Assembly: GCA_016748015.1 (NCBI GenBank)
Contig: JAAOMT010000591.1
Span: forward strand, 410,335-474,334
Length of the DNA: 64,000 nt
DNA from: Geosiphon pyriformis uo1
Taxonomy: Eukaryota > Fungi > Glomeromycota
Direction: 5' to 3'
The stretch's first letter is position 1. Each line of letters opens with the position of its first letter. The notes under the pieces were generated by a model, which was not told where the DNA came from, made no database searches, and saw only the letters and a list, made by a program, of their open reading frames with translations. Position numbers and translations under genes: made by a program. Below, in pieces: positions 13,480-27,028 of this stretch.

Positions 13480-15065
13480 ATAAAATAAAAAATATAATTA
13501 TAAATAAAATAGACTATTTTATATATATAGACTTTTAAAAAATAAATATATAAGTTAAAACTAAATAATAAAGTTTTAAAAAAAGTTATACATAATAATA
13601 AACCAATTTTAAATTTTTAATTTCACAAATTAGTATATAATTTTTTTTAATTAATTCAAAAAATAATTCTTAAAACTTAAAATTTTTATATTTTTTTAGA
13701 AAAATAAAAAAAATTATTAAAATTATTTCTTAACTTATTTATAATAATTATTAAAAATTAAATTAATTATATTTAAAAAAATTTATTATAACTTTAATAA
13801 TAAATTTACAAAATTATTACTTTTATAAAAGAAACACAAAAAATTATTTTGAAATTTACTTATTAAAAATTTTAAAACAAGCTTTAAAAAAAACTTATTA
13901 TTTATTTGTATTAATATTTCTCCAATATTACAATTTAATAAAAACTTTAATTGTATTTTAATAAACAAAACAATAAATATACACTAATTTATAAATATTT
14001 TATATAAAAAAAGCATTTTATAAAAAAAACTGGAATTTAAAACAACAAATTTTATTTTAAAAGTTATTTAAAAGCAAATACATAACAAATTCAAAATAAT
14101 AATTAGATTAACATTTATTACAAAATTAAAGTTACTTAAAGACTTTATAATCTATTTTATATTTGTAAAAATATTTTATAAAATTTAGTTTTATAATTTT
14201 TAAAGATTTAATATATTAAAAAGCTTATAAAATTAAAATTTTAACAATTTTTAAACCAAATTGTTTTAATAATCTTAGATAATTATTTAGAATTACAGAT
14301 AATATTTGGATTTTAATAAAATTTAGTTTTAAAAAAAAGATTATATTATTAATAAAAATTTTAAATTATTTATTATTACAAAATTATTCTTATAATTTTT
14401 AACATATATTATTATTTTAATTTATTATTTATTATTTTATTAAATTATTAAATATTATTATTTAATTAATAATTTAATTTGTACAATATACAAATATAAC
14501 TAATTGTAATAATAAAATTATGTAATACTTTAAACTATATAATATTCAAAAATTTGCCAAAATATTTAAAAATTTAATAAAAAATTTAATAGTTTATTAA
14601 AATAATTAATGATTTATAAAAATAATTTGTAATTTGCCAAAATATATTTTTAATTTACCAAAATATTAACAAAAAAAAGTGCTAAATTATAAAATAATAT
14701 TACAATAAATTGTATAAAAAAAAGCTTTTTTTTTAAAAAAAAAAAATTTTTAAAATTTTAATTTAGAATAACCAATTAATTACTGCAAATTAATTCAAAT
14801 AAATTTATGTTTTGAAAACCAATAAATTTTTTTATAATTATTATTGTTTAAAACTCAAAATTTTAATTAATATTTTAAAATTAATTAATTACCAATTTTA
14901 ATAATTACTTAATTAATTTTAAATTTAAATTAAAAACATTTTTTTATTTTTTATATTTAAGTAGCTTATAATTAAGACATTTTGTAAAAATATTGATTTT
15001 TATAGCAAAATAACTATATATTATTAAAAAGTTTACAAACAAGAATTTTTGTAAAAAAGTTGAAT
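13480..15065 (+). mobile_element. Highly eroded family-B 3' end: ORF3 remnant, PPT and LTR starting ~14344
   Basis: 14311-14360 atttggattttaataaaatttagttttaaaaaaaagattatattatt is the eroded form of gcttggactttgatggagctcagtcttgaggaggagattatgttacc (reverse complement of ~62815-62860). Downstream sequence aligns with LTR B. Confidence 0.8.
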
Positions 15066-17899
15066 TAGTTTTAATAATTATGTTAAAGAAAATAAAATAA
15101 ATTGTTTTTAAAATCTAATTTTAAATTAATAAAATCATATAAAAATTAAAACACAGTTTTAATGTAATATAATTTTTGTAATAATATTAAATACTAAAAT
15201 AAAAAACTATTTATTCAAAAAAATTTAATAAATAATTTTTTTTTTAAATATTATTAAAACCAATAATGTTTTTTAAAAATAAAAAAAAGTATTCTAGTTT
15301 TTATCTTATTAATTTAATTATTATAATTAAATATTTTATTTTTAAAACTGGTAATAATTAATTAAAATTTATATTAAACAATATAATTAAATATTAATTC
15401 AAGTTAAATTTAACCAATATATCATTGTTATTAATCTTTAAAACAAAAAAAAACTTAATATTTTAAAAACAAAAATAACAAAAAAAAAATTAATAGCAGT
15501 TTAATAACCAGTTTGTAATTAAAAACTCTGAAACTCTTTACATAATAATAATTATATTAAGACTATTTTTAACATGTTACTTTGAAAAAACTTTTACTTA
15601 AAACTAAAAATAGTGTTTTTTTTAACAACTAAAAGCTGCTTAGTTTTATTATTGTTTTAATAGTGGTCAAAAAATTGTAAAAGAATTGTTTTTTTTTGCT
15701 TTTTTATAATTTTTATAAATTCAATAATCATATTCAAACTTGAAAAACTGTGCCCCAACCACAATATGCTTTAATAACTCGCTACACTGCTCTGACGATT
15801 GTTTAATTTTAATAGATACACCCAAGGCTTTCAGAGCTTCCATGCACCTCTTGAACCCCAAAATAAACTTTGAAATCATAAAGACTACATTGGTCAAGAT
15901 GTTAACTTATAATGCATGGAAATGCTATTGTTTTTAGAAGAATAGTGGAATACCGAATTCTCTAACTTTTTATTTCAGAAAGAGCAACAAAAAAAGCTTT
16001 AGCTTTTATACCAGCAAACAGCAAACATATGAAGACAGCTCCTTCATTTCACTAGAATCAATTCTCTTTTCAGCCCAGTTCTCAAAACGTTTCGCACTTT
16101 TTTTCGGTGGATGTGACTCCAGCCAGCCAGCCAGCATGATCAATTATTTTAGACGACGAGAAATCCTTGGTTTGAGAGTTTGTGCTTTCTTCAAGTTGCC
16201 TGCATAGTTACTGAGATTTTCTGTCATCAGCCCAGCGGAATTCTCAGTTTTGCCAATGTGCTCGTAGTTGCTAATATACTACCGAGAAGGTTAGGATTCT
16301 TTAATATGCGCATACATAATGCACGTATGTTATTACCCTTAAATTCCAGAATAGTTACAATGATTGGTGACTCCAAAAGTTTTTATCATGGCTATGTACA
16401 AAGGATTGTACTTGACATATGATATTATAATCACCAGCGACGAAGCCGGCTCCATAGTGGTGGGGTTGATGATGTCTCATATACAAAAACCTACGGGCGT
16501 GATCCCTTATGTATTGTGTGAAATAGATCTCCCCACATTTCGACGACTCCTAACTTGGTGCCCCTAGCACAAACACCCCTTCCACTTTTTGTCCTAACGA
16601 ACGATCCGCCAGTTTCGGGCGTCGGGACAAAATCCGTTAAGCAGCGGGCACGAATGCACCTCCCACTGTTGAAGACGGTAATACTTCATTTGTTACAACA
16701 TACATTATGTAAACAGGTAGCTATAAACAGCACATACGGATAATACTCGGGATTCGCCAATTAGATTCATGATGAAATGGAGAAGCAATGACCCAAAGGT
16801 CGATTCCTGGACACTATGCAACAACGGATGAGTGACCTCCTTGCTCTTGGGAAATACCCATAGAGCTGCTGGTGGCTTTTATCACCACGAAAACAAGTCA
16901 TCTGTTTTATCGACAGGTGAGTAGAGATCCCCGTATCACGTGGGAAGTTCCTTATTTTCTTCTCTAAACGATAAATATCTTCGCATGACCAAGTTTCCTG
17001 GCTTCATCTATCAGCGACGTTCAATTCGGCTCGGTCCTGGAAATTTCGGGCTTTTGGAACATCGTTCAATCCTGCTGTGAAATCGACTAGCACTTGATGT
17101 TTGATAAATTCTTGTCGCAATTTTCCCGTGTAAGTTAAGAAACATAATGATTTCCACTCAAAGGTGTCACTTGAGCGAAATAATCCACCGCATCGAGTCT
17201 TGTGTCATGGATGTTGTTTCCTGCAAACATGAACAGATTGGACGCTTTATTCAAACCATAGCAAAAGTTGAGAGTGTGAAAAAATCAAAATACAGGAAAT
17301 GGAGGAAACGGAGCATATTCTTACAAGCAAGAACGGAAACCAGGCAAATGAAGTGCGAAAAACGTCAAATAAAGGCAACAGGGACGAGCGAAGCAAATGG
17401 GGTGGTCGACGAAAGGAGCAAAAAACAGAATTACGTGCGTGTGTTGACCACACCGCATGATCACTTTGTCTGGTTTTGTTGTATGTCCCATAAATACAGG
17501 TTGTTCACTATTAGACTAATTTAAAACTTTGATTTCCTTGAATCCGTTAATGATTAAACTACATTGGAACTTTGACGTATACCGTAAATACCAAAATATT
17601 ATAAAATACAATTTTCTTGATCTTTTTCGCAATGGAGTGCAAGTTGAACCGATTTGTAAAATTTCCCAAACAAAAATATTATGTCTTGGTGCTTTTGAAC
17701 TGTATGAACATCGACGTTATCCCTGAGATACAACATTACAGAATGAATATATGGATTTGCACTTAATAGAGAAAAATGGCAAACGTAATAAAAACTTACT
17801 ATATTTTCCGTGCGCGCGTATTTTTTCCTCCATCCTTGAGCTACAAGATGTACTCTCTCTGTGTAATTTAACATATTTAATATGTTTATTTCTATAACT

Positions 17900-20350
17900 T
17901 CGTCTTATTAACTACGATTAGCCTTGAAAATGGTTTGCTTACCTTCATAATCACCCAAATTTATGCCTCTTTTTTTTAGAGGTGATTTCGTTTCTTCCGA
18001 TTGCTGAAAATGATCAAAAACCGATTAATGAACCTAGAAATTGTGATAAGAGGCGAGGCCCTAACAACATACCTCTCGATCTTCCTTGTCCAAATCCTGG
18101 ATTTCCTTGGGTGTTCTTTCGGCAAGTTTAGGCTTCATTTAGGGTTGTTTAAGAAATGTGATTATCTTCACATCTTTTCTGATAGACGAGAAATTGTTAA
18201 AGTAACTCACCGTTATGTTTTCTTTGTCTGCATCTCTATTTTTTTTGAATCCGGATTTCCATTTCGAAAAATTTATAGTGCTTTTAGAAGTTATTGTTGG
18301 CTTGAATAATTTATGACGTGCGTCAGTTTCTCTTTGCCTGGACTAAAAGAGAAAACTTCAACAAAACTCACCTCTTGAATTTTTCCTTTATCTAAAACGC
18401 GCAATTTCTTGATAAATCGTTTTTCATTAAAATCCTCGTTTTTTGTTTGACTCATTTCATGCGTCTGTTCTATCGCTTGTTCGCATGGAAAATTGGTCGA
18501 TTCTAAACTCTCTAAACAAAGTGGCACTGTCTCCGGGGCATCAGACGTGATGCTTTGGTCTGTCTTCTGAGTTTGGGTGAGAACACTTTCTTCCGTTATT
18601 ACTTTGGGAGATGTTTTAGGAGCAAAAAATTTTGATATGGTTTCTGAGTTCTCAGGTGATGGACCTTTATTCGAGGCAAAACTGGTGCGTAGCGGAAGCC
18701 GTTTATCTTGATAGTTCGTCTTTAATCGTTCAAGAAAAAAAAATTCCAATGAGATTTTGGGCGATTCCAATCATAAAGCTCCATAGTACAAAATTACCTT
18801 GCTCTTGATCGAAAATAACCTTTGATTTTCGCATTTTATCGGTTTTTTCGTTATCGGATCGAGTTCCCCAAGTGCAATACCTTGAGCAACATTTGGACTA
18901 ATATCACTGAAAATAATGGTTGATCGTGTTTAAGGTTATCAATAGCAAATTTCGTATAGCGTGAGTAGATTCGAATTCAAGATTAAAATCCGATTTGAAA
19001 GGATACGCTCCAATGAAATCAAGTTTCTCAAAATCTAATTGCTCGGGTACGGGGTTGAAGGTAACCACACGTTGAGTAGTTAAATCAAAGACCTTTTGAT
19101 GTAGGAAGGTCAATTCTGCACGAATAAAGTTCTCTTCATAGTCTGAAGGAACGTGATATTTATCATGCAATTGCAAAAATTTTATCACCTGAATCGATTC
19201 AAAATTTCAGATTTAATTATTATAACTCAATAATTAAAGAAAACGGCATGAAAAAAAACGCCCCACCTTCTCTGCGGTGCGATATTTTTTTATAAATTGA
19301 TAAGCCTTTTTAATGCCAATTCCATGAATAGATCGTAGATAATCACAACCAGACAATATTGCCATCTGACGAAAATTTCTATCCGTCCAACCGACCATAG
19401 AAAATTCATGGGAGGCACCAAAATTATCTCGACTTATTTCCTCTCCATTACCATATTGATCCATCTTGAAAATGACCTTTTTTTGCAACAAATAAGTAAG
19501 ATTATCAGATTGATTCAAAGAATTAGATTGAAAAAGTTACAATTACGTTCTGACAGCCAAAAACCAATAGATCAGAATCTTCGGTGATAACAGCGGCAAC
19601 CATATGGTTTTTTTCAAGGTAGGCTAATTGCGCATCAGCTTCATACGGAGCAACGACGTATTGAACTTGCTCAGCCTTTAAAGCCTAATTTAACGTGATT
19701 AGAATTTTCCAATTAAGGAATTCGAAAGGAAAAATATAACTGAAGTTAAACATCCTCTTACCAAAATTAATTGATAAACCATCTCTGAAGTGACCTCAAT
19801 GGCTTTTGAGAAACAGTCACGGGCCTTATCTTTCAATCCTTTTTTCAAAAATTCCATCCCTTGACGATAATGTTCTGCACGTTGCCTTGTTATTTAGAAA
19901 AGTTTAAAAACTCGGATAGGTTTTTCATAGATTATTGATCGGAATGCACAATCTAACACATACGCCTTTCGCTCTTCTTTAGTACGAGCCTTAGCCGGCA
20001 AATTTCCACCATCGAACACAATTAAAGGGCAAACATTGTAGAATTTGAGCATACGAACACGGTGCATGAAAAAGTCAATATATCTTTATTGGTGATAAAT
20101 ACAGACATAGGGATTTATTATTGATTGTAAAAATTCAAAGTTTTATTCACTCTATTAAAGCTTGAATATGGAAAAAGAACCAAACACACCTTTTTGTTGG
20201 CTGGTTGGTAGCTAGCTCCAAGGCACAAGAATGAGCACCTTTGTGAAGCCAGCAATGCCCGTCAACCCCAACAGTGCACCATGCATATTTTTCTATAGAT
20301 ATTTCTTGTTTTATTGGTTTCAGAATTTGAAGAAGACCTTGAACACCCAT
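17900..20350 (-). CDS. EXO1: Exonuclease 1 (XPG/Rad2 family), multi-exon; 3' end approximate
   Basis: [30 protein letters not shown]|[77 protein letters not shown]. Confidence 0.95.
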
Positions 20351-20498
20351 GGTAAGATTGTTGAAGCGTCGAGAAGGACAAAAATAGCAAAAATCTTAAA
20401 CGCCTAACATTTTATCTATGTTTGATCTTATTAAGATTTTCTATCCCTATTTGCTATCAACTCTTAAAACCTATTTTACCGTTAGAGAATAGGTCACG

Positions 20499-20539
20499 GC
20501 GCGTCTTTAAAGGAAATGATAAATGTTGAAAAGACGCGT
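20499..20539. promoter_or_regulatory. MCB-like boxes upstream of EXO1 (GCGCGT 20499, ACGCGT 20534)
   Basis: Sequence match 150-190 bp upstream of the ATG. ACGCGT is the fungal MBF G1/S element. Confidence 0.5.
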
Positions 20540-21009
20540 TATTTTTATGATCACTGAATCGGCAATACGGCAGCCACGCCGAACTAAATGCTATACCGAA
20601 TCTGCAATTTTTGATCATGCATGCATAGACAATCAACGCATATTAAAAATAGCCATCAAGATGACTCGGAGCATTTTGACCTCCTATTTTCCCGGCAGTG
20701 AATCCTAAAAGTCTCATCATTCAATGAGTTTTAAAAAATAGTATTCACAGGAAATTTTTGATTTTTTCATTAAGTTTTACGAATACTACAAAATGCATTA
20801 CCCTTTGATTTTGAACTAATTTTACAAACGATCAAGATTTTTTATACCCTTCTATTCACATAAAGAAAGAAAAGCAATAAATAAATAACCAGTTGTAATT
20901 ACCCAGAAAAAATGATTCAAAATTTTTTTTGACAATTCTTACTGTTGGTCAAGTAGGAGTAAATCGTTCATGCTTCAAAATATAGCACTAATAGAAAATT
21001 TTAACATGA

Positions 21010-22282
21010 TTATTGCCTTACAGGGTCCCCATTAGATCTCGTATTATCGGCTTTATAAGGAACAATCACCAGTTCACCACGATGTCGAGCAATTTCAGTA
21101 GACATACTTGACACAGGAGGATCTTCAAGACGTGTCAAACCTGTGTCAATCACAGATCCGTGATTGTTGTCCCCTCTTCGTTGTGTACCATTTACATTGT
21201 TTTTTTTTGTCGGTGGTGACTCAAATTCAAACTGCCGATTATGAATTTCGATTTCATGATGATGATTATGATTAAAAGAATTAAAGTTCTTTTTTGTCGA
21301 TACAAACAAATCTCCCACTCGATTTGAGGTATCATCCAACGGATCAGAATTTTCAACCAAGGATAAAAATCTCGCCAATGTTGATGCTCCTGCTTTTAAA
21401 GGAGGAAGTGGAGGTGTAGAAGGCTTTGGTAAAAGTCGTGATTCCAACGTGTTAGATAATCCAGAAGTTCCATTTGTAAATAGTGGAGGTTTTGAATTTT
21501 GTGATGGATGATTTTCGGTCTTCTGGGTTCCATGATTTCCGGGTATATTGTTTTCGGAAAAAAATGAAATCTGACATGCAGCATAGCCCCCAGAAGTTAG
21601 AAGTTTTTCAAGTTGATTTTCCATTTTTGCCAATTCTTCAAGGAGTTTCTTATAATGCTGCAGCGCCTCTAAAGTTATGATATACTTATCTTCTGGCAAT
21701 GCTATGAATTGTTGTTGGAGAATATACTTCTGCAATTATTATATTCGTGATTGGGATGATGAATAGAAGAAAATAGAAGGGTTTCAAGAAAACCAGGAGC
21801 CCTTCGCACAAAGTAAAGAATTGCAACAATCAAAAAGTAATCTATTACCATTGTTAAGAGGTCACGAGCTGCTTTATCACTATTTTTCGACACCAAATAG
21901 TAAAAAGGAACAAGCTTATTGATTTTTGCGTAAAAAGGGGTCAACTGTTCCATTGCTGAAGGATAACGCTTTTTTTGTTCTTCCGAGAGCCCACTTTCAA
22001 TTAACCGAATTTTGACTATTAAACGAGTGAATAACAATTCTTTCTTAATAAAGTTTGAATCGGTTCAAAGTTCACATGCAGGTTTAGTAAGCAATATAGC
22101 AAACCTCCAGCACTTCGAACCTCTTGGTCAATTTGTATCACTCTTTGTTGAGCTTGTTGATGTTGGGCTGCGCTGATAACTAATACCGAGGGAAAGGGTT
22201 GAGGAAGTATTGTAAAAGAAGTCGATTCTACTGATAGTTTAGCAGAAAACACTGGGGTTTTCGGCGTGTGAAAATTAGACAT
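21010..22282 (-). CDS. Spliced gene with a Med15_fungi (Gal11)-like helical domain and a low-complexity C-terminus
   Basis: LSEEQKKRYPSAMEQLTPFYAKINKLVPFYYLVSKNSDKAARDLLTM|KYILQQQFIALPEDKYIITLEALQHYKKLLEE resembles the fungal Med15 domain pattern (recalled, not searched). Confidence 0.5.
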
Positions 22283-22759
22283 TTGTGAAATTATTGGAGC
22301 CAAAACTCTTAATGAAAGATTACAGATTGCACGTTTTTTGAACTGTCAGAGTAAAGAATTTCGAAGTTGTGAAGATGTTGTGTTTGTTGACATTTGGATT
22401 TTAGGTGAACTATCAGTGCATTATCAGTGATCATGCGATAAATTGGTGTAAGATCCAATGATCAAAAATAGTTAGCCCAGCGTATCTTTAAAAATGAATT
22501 AGCTGGATTAGCGTTAGAAACTTTACGGGTAATAGGAGCCTTGATAAGAGGATAAACCTGCCAGATAAGAAGACGGGGAAATTGAGACTTTCCTCGCAGG
22601 ATATTTTTTCACTCGTCTTAGCAGATCCACGTTTTCCCACGTGCAGAAATTAGAGACAAACATATAATGGGAATTAATTTTCGTTTTTAATCAATAAACT
22701 TCTTTTCACTTGAAACAGAAACAATTTTTCATGAATTTTTTTAAAAGAAACCTGGATAC

Positions 22760-23380
22760 ATAATTTTATTGAATTCTAAAAAAAACAAAAACCAAAAGGA
22801 TAAATTAAATTCATTTAATTTGGAATTTTATATGCAATATTATTTGTCAAACTTAATTTAAAAGCTGACTTTAATAATAATAATAAAAGAATGACTTTTA
22901 TTATTTGTATTATTTTTTACACTGGTTTTTAATTAATTATTTTTTAATTGCTTAAGTGAGCGTAGTTCTTTTACTATCTACTTTTATAGTACATGTAACT
23001 AGCCACCTTATTTTATATATTTTATTTTAATAATAAAAATGAATTTTAATTATTAATAATATAAATTTTTAATTTTAACATCACAAAAGTATTATTATTA
23101 TTATTATTATTATTAGTATGATTTGGTCCTAAAAAGTTGATACAACATATTAACAAAATAAAACTTTTTTTTATAATTAAATTTATTTATTATAACTTGT
23201 TTTTTACATAATAATTATACTTAAAACTGCTTAAAATATTCATTGTTTTTAAAATAATAAAAAGTAAAAAAAGCCATATCATTTTGTTTCAAATTATTTT
23301 AAAATGAAAAAATCATATTTAAACATATTAATAAACATTATAAAAATAAATTTTATAATCAATTAATACTTTGTTATAAT
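22760..23380. repeat. Small AT-eroded repeat remnant with a (TAT)n tract
   Basis: Same composition signature as the large AT blocks. Confidence 0.5.
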
Positions 23381-23633
23381 GAATTATATTGGTTCATCTC
23401 ATCATTCATGTGACACAGTGTACTATAGCCTAAAATGATTGGTTACAGGCAAAACGCGTCTCGAATTTTCGGCCTCACAATTTGACTCCATCATAATCTA
23501 TCAACCAATAAGCGACGGATTGTGGAAGGAGTCACCAGTCAGGTGACACAAAAATCCCATAAGCAGACATATCCGGGGCTTTTTGACTCCTTCACTCTCT
23601 TTATTTTCCTTCTTACTAAAAGCACAGATAACT

Positions 23634-24474
23634 ATGTTTGACGACCGCGTTCTTCATTATAACCAACAATACCATTATTTCGAATCAGAACAACCTGTAT
23701 CTAATCCTATTTTCGAGGGAGGCTGTTTTCTTTTCGTTGTATTAGGCATGATTTACGTGTTGTATGCTTATTTTATCCAACCACGCGGGTCTCCTCTGGT
23801 AAGTAAAACCTTATTTAATATATTTCTGATGCAAAGAATTCATAACTGTCGTGTTTTTTTCAGTATATCTAACAAACACATAATCAAAATTTACTCTGGT
23901 TAGGATACGAATCACGTAACAGGAACCGAGCCTTGGGCTCGTAACTACATTTATCCGAATCACTGGCGTGCAGGAACGATAACTGGGGTTTCGGAAAAGG
24001 TTGGAACACAATAATTATTCTGATTATCTTTATTTCCCGTCCATTCGGGTTTTTTGTCTCGTTCTTATTAATTTATGATATGATTATTATATACCCAAAA
24101 ATCTGATTTCGTGAATTGCAAATCCTCTTACAATAAACCTACTTTAGACAAGTCTTAGACAACATAAACTAACACCGCACCCCACCGCACCGGCTACTCC
24201 AATATTCTCATGCACCATAATCACTTATATTATTATCTATTGGGTTATACTGATCTGCCTATCATGGGTTTGGGGATTGCTATTTATGCCACCTCCAACA
24301 CCAACAGCTACTACGACAGTTGTAATTTTACCAACATCAACCACTACCTACTCACCTGCTAAGGCTGTGACAAAATCTTTCATTAGACCACAGTACGGTA
24401 CTGGAATTGGGTGGTTAACTCCTACGACTACTTATTCTCGGATACCTCCTGAAAAGCTTCCAGTTTTTTATTGA
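23634..24474 (+). CDS. Orphan ~195-aa protein with two TM helices and a Thr/Pro-rich C-terminus; exons 23634-23798, 23904-23999, 24148-24474
   Basis: Two phase-0 GT-AG introns join three open exons. TM segments GCFLFVVLGMIYVLYAYFI and IITYIIIYWVILICLSWVWGLLF. Confidence 0.65.
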
Positions 24475-24980
24475 AATAATAATTGTCGGTTTAAGGGAAA
24501 AATATCGAGAAATTCCCGCGATTTGGAAATTTATGTCTCAATAAAATCCTTAATTAAAATAATAGATAATACATCATATTTGTGAATTTCTATCGGGGGC
24601 CGTATTAACAAATAATGTACTTATGTAACAAACCTGGATTTCGAATGAGATAGTAAAGCAAATTAGCCCACCAAATTGCGTTTTGTTCTTCAAGGCTAGT
24701 CACCATCAGTTTTCAAATACTAGGTTGCTCGCTGGGAATGTTATTGCAAATGTGGTAATTAAAATCCTAAAGGAAAAGAGTTTGAGCGGTATCAAGACCA
24801 AATTTTGAACAGCTTAAAGGATCTGTGTGATAAATTGATATATTAATGAAATTATCACTTTCATACCAAACTTTATTGCATCCAAAATTGAGCACATTTT
24901 TATTCGAAAAATTTATTGCTACATCCAAAGTACATCTTATTATCCTTAAAGTAAAATAAAAAGTTTGATCGACAAGGAAT

Positions 24981-26850
24981 CTAAAATTTATAAAATATTC
25001 CTTGCTGGACGAACTCGAACCGGTCAATACCAGTCGAGCCGTTTAGGAGCAAGGAAGGAATTGAACTCAGCTCGCAACAGCCAGGAAGATCAGCGAATTC
25101 GGGTGCAAGCAATGTGTAAAAGAATGTATGTTGAGGGCGGGGAAAATGCTCCTCAGGGATTTGTTGAAGGGGCTGATGGCACCCTTTTATTTTGGTAGGA
25201 AGAATAGTAAAGCGGACCTGCTTTGCTGTTAATTCACAGGCGGGAACGAGTGGTGCAAGCAGTACCTCTTGTGGAGATACATAATTCAGTTGGGAAGGCT
25301 GATTGAGGGTGATGGGTGGCATCAAGGGAGAGGTAGACGGAGAAAAAGGTGATGAAGGAGCTTTGATCACGGGAACGGGAAGTGATGGTGTGGTGTTGAC
25401 AATAGTAGCCGGAATTGAAGGAGTGACAATAGTTGGATTTGGTACCGGCATGCAAAGTGAGAATTGAGTTGATGCTGCCGGGACCGGAATTGAGGATTCA
25501 ATCGTTGATTTATTTAACACCAACGAATCGGACTCCAAGATACCTCTTGATTTCTTGGCTGCCCTCCGCTCTTTCAGACAGCTAACCTCCATCACCGCTT
25601 GTTGCTCTTCAGCGATAGTCCAGAGGCATCCTTTTCCAGGATGATCATCAGGGCGAGGCAATTTCACAAACGCCTTGTTTAATGATAGGTTATGTCGGAT
25701 TGAATTCTAATTGCATATTTCAAGAATTTTGATTTATTAGTGGCTTTTTTCTAAAATAATATATCATACCAAAAAAGACGTAAATTTTAATCAATCATGT
25801 GTCTCATTCAAATTGGCTAAATGAATTACTAAAAACACTCCTCACCATCCACCCAGTACCGGATTTGATTTCCCGGGTATAAAATGGGTATGTTGAAGAG
25901 ATCCAGCTATAGATCTCGTTCAGCGTGAGCATCTTGTTTGAAACATTTAAGATCGCTTGCGCGATCAGACTAGCGTAGGAGTAAGGTGGCTTTTGGCTAG
26001 GATCCTGAATTTCATTAAATCTGACGAGATTATCTTCAAACCCTTCAGGACGGACACGTTTTCTGGAGGATTGTACATTAGAATTTGTGGGGTTTTCAGA
26101 TCGTACACGTTTTTTAGATGATTGTGGATTGGAACCTGTAGGCAGACGATTGCTCACTTCAGGCAAAATCTGAACTAAATTTGATGAAATAATCGGGGTT
26201 TCTTGAACAGATGCTCTCATCTGAAAATATTAAAATTTATTATCAAACTACTTTCATTTTTTATGTCAACAATTTCACGAAGATCTTAATAAGCGAGTAC
26301 AAACCTTCCCCTTTTCTCTTTGGCGTTGTAAATTTTGTTCCATTATATCGACTTTTTGTTCGTATACAGGGAGCGACCGCTCGGTATGAAAGTCTAGCAG
26401 TTGCAAGATCGAACGGGACTGCTCTTTGGCAACGTTTGGCACGTCTACACCTTCGCTAACCGATAGCTGTTCAGTATGAAGGTCTGTCAGTTGGAATTTG
26501 GGACGTGACTCCTCGTTAACAGCTTTTGGAAGTTGTGTATAGTCATTAGCCAAAAGGGTCCGCTCAGTATGGACATCTGGGAACTGCGAATGCACTACTT
26601 GCTTGACTAAATTCTGGGAAGAGTGAAAAAAGGAAGCAGGCTGGATAGGCGATGGTGTTTTAAGAACGACGAGAGGTTGAATAGAAGAGGCTTCGTCTTC
26701 TATTTGGGAAAAGTCGACGAAGTCTTCGATGTTGAAACCCATATTCACAATTTCGCTCATTGTAAAATCAGAAGTCGAGCCTTTGTCTTTCAATTTGAAA
26801 AAGTCAACAAAATCTTCATAAGTTAAAGCCATGTTTGCAACCTCCGACAT
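24981..26850 (-). CDS. Forkhead (winged-helix) transcription factor, 3 exons
   Basis: [15 protein letters not shown]...[17 protein letters not shown]...GWM|[31 protein letters not shown]. No FHA domain seen. Confidence 0.93.
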
Positions 26851-27028
26851 AATAAAAATAGTGGTAAAGAATTTAAAAGCCTAAGAAGATTGAAAAGTTC
26901 AACGGAACTAGTAATGCCTCAAGAGCAGCGGTAATTGGAGTCAAGTTAGTCAAGAGAGAAAGCAGAGAGCTATTATGAAAGATTGATTCGATTACACGCC
27001 TTTCCATTTCAGTCTTTTTTCCCCAAAG

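Larger units (their letters stand above)
2540..15720. mobile_element. AT-rich block of heavily eroded transposon fossils
   Basis: Almost purely A/T with CpG nearly absent. Segments align by eye to the younger gypsy elements at 41-64 kb through C>T/G>A changes. Confidence 0.9.

Noticed and set aside
17030-17065. ggaaatttcggg resembling the RNase P CR-I motif
   Set aside because: No matching P4 partner or other conserved regions found.
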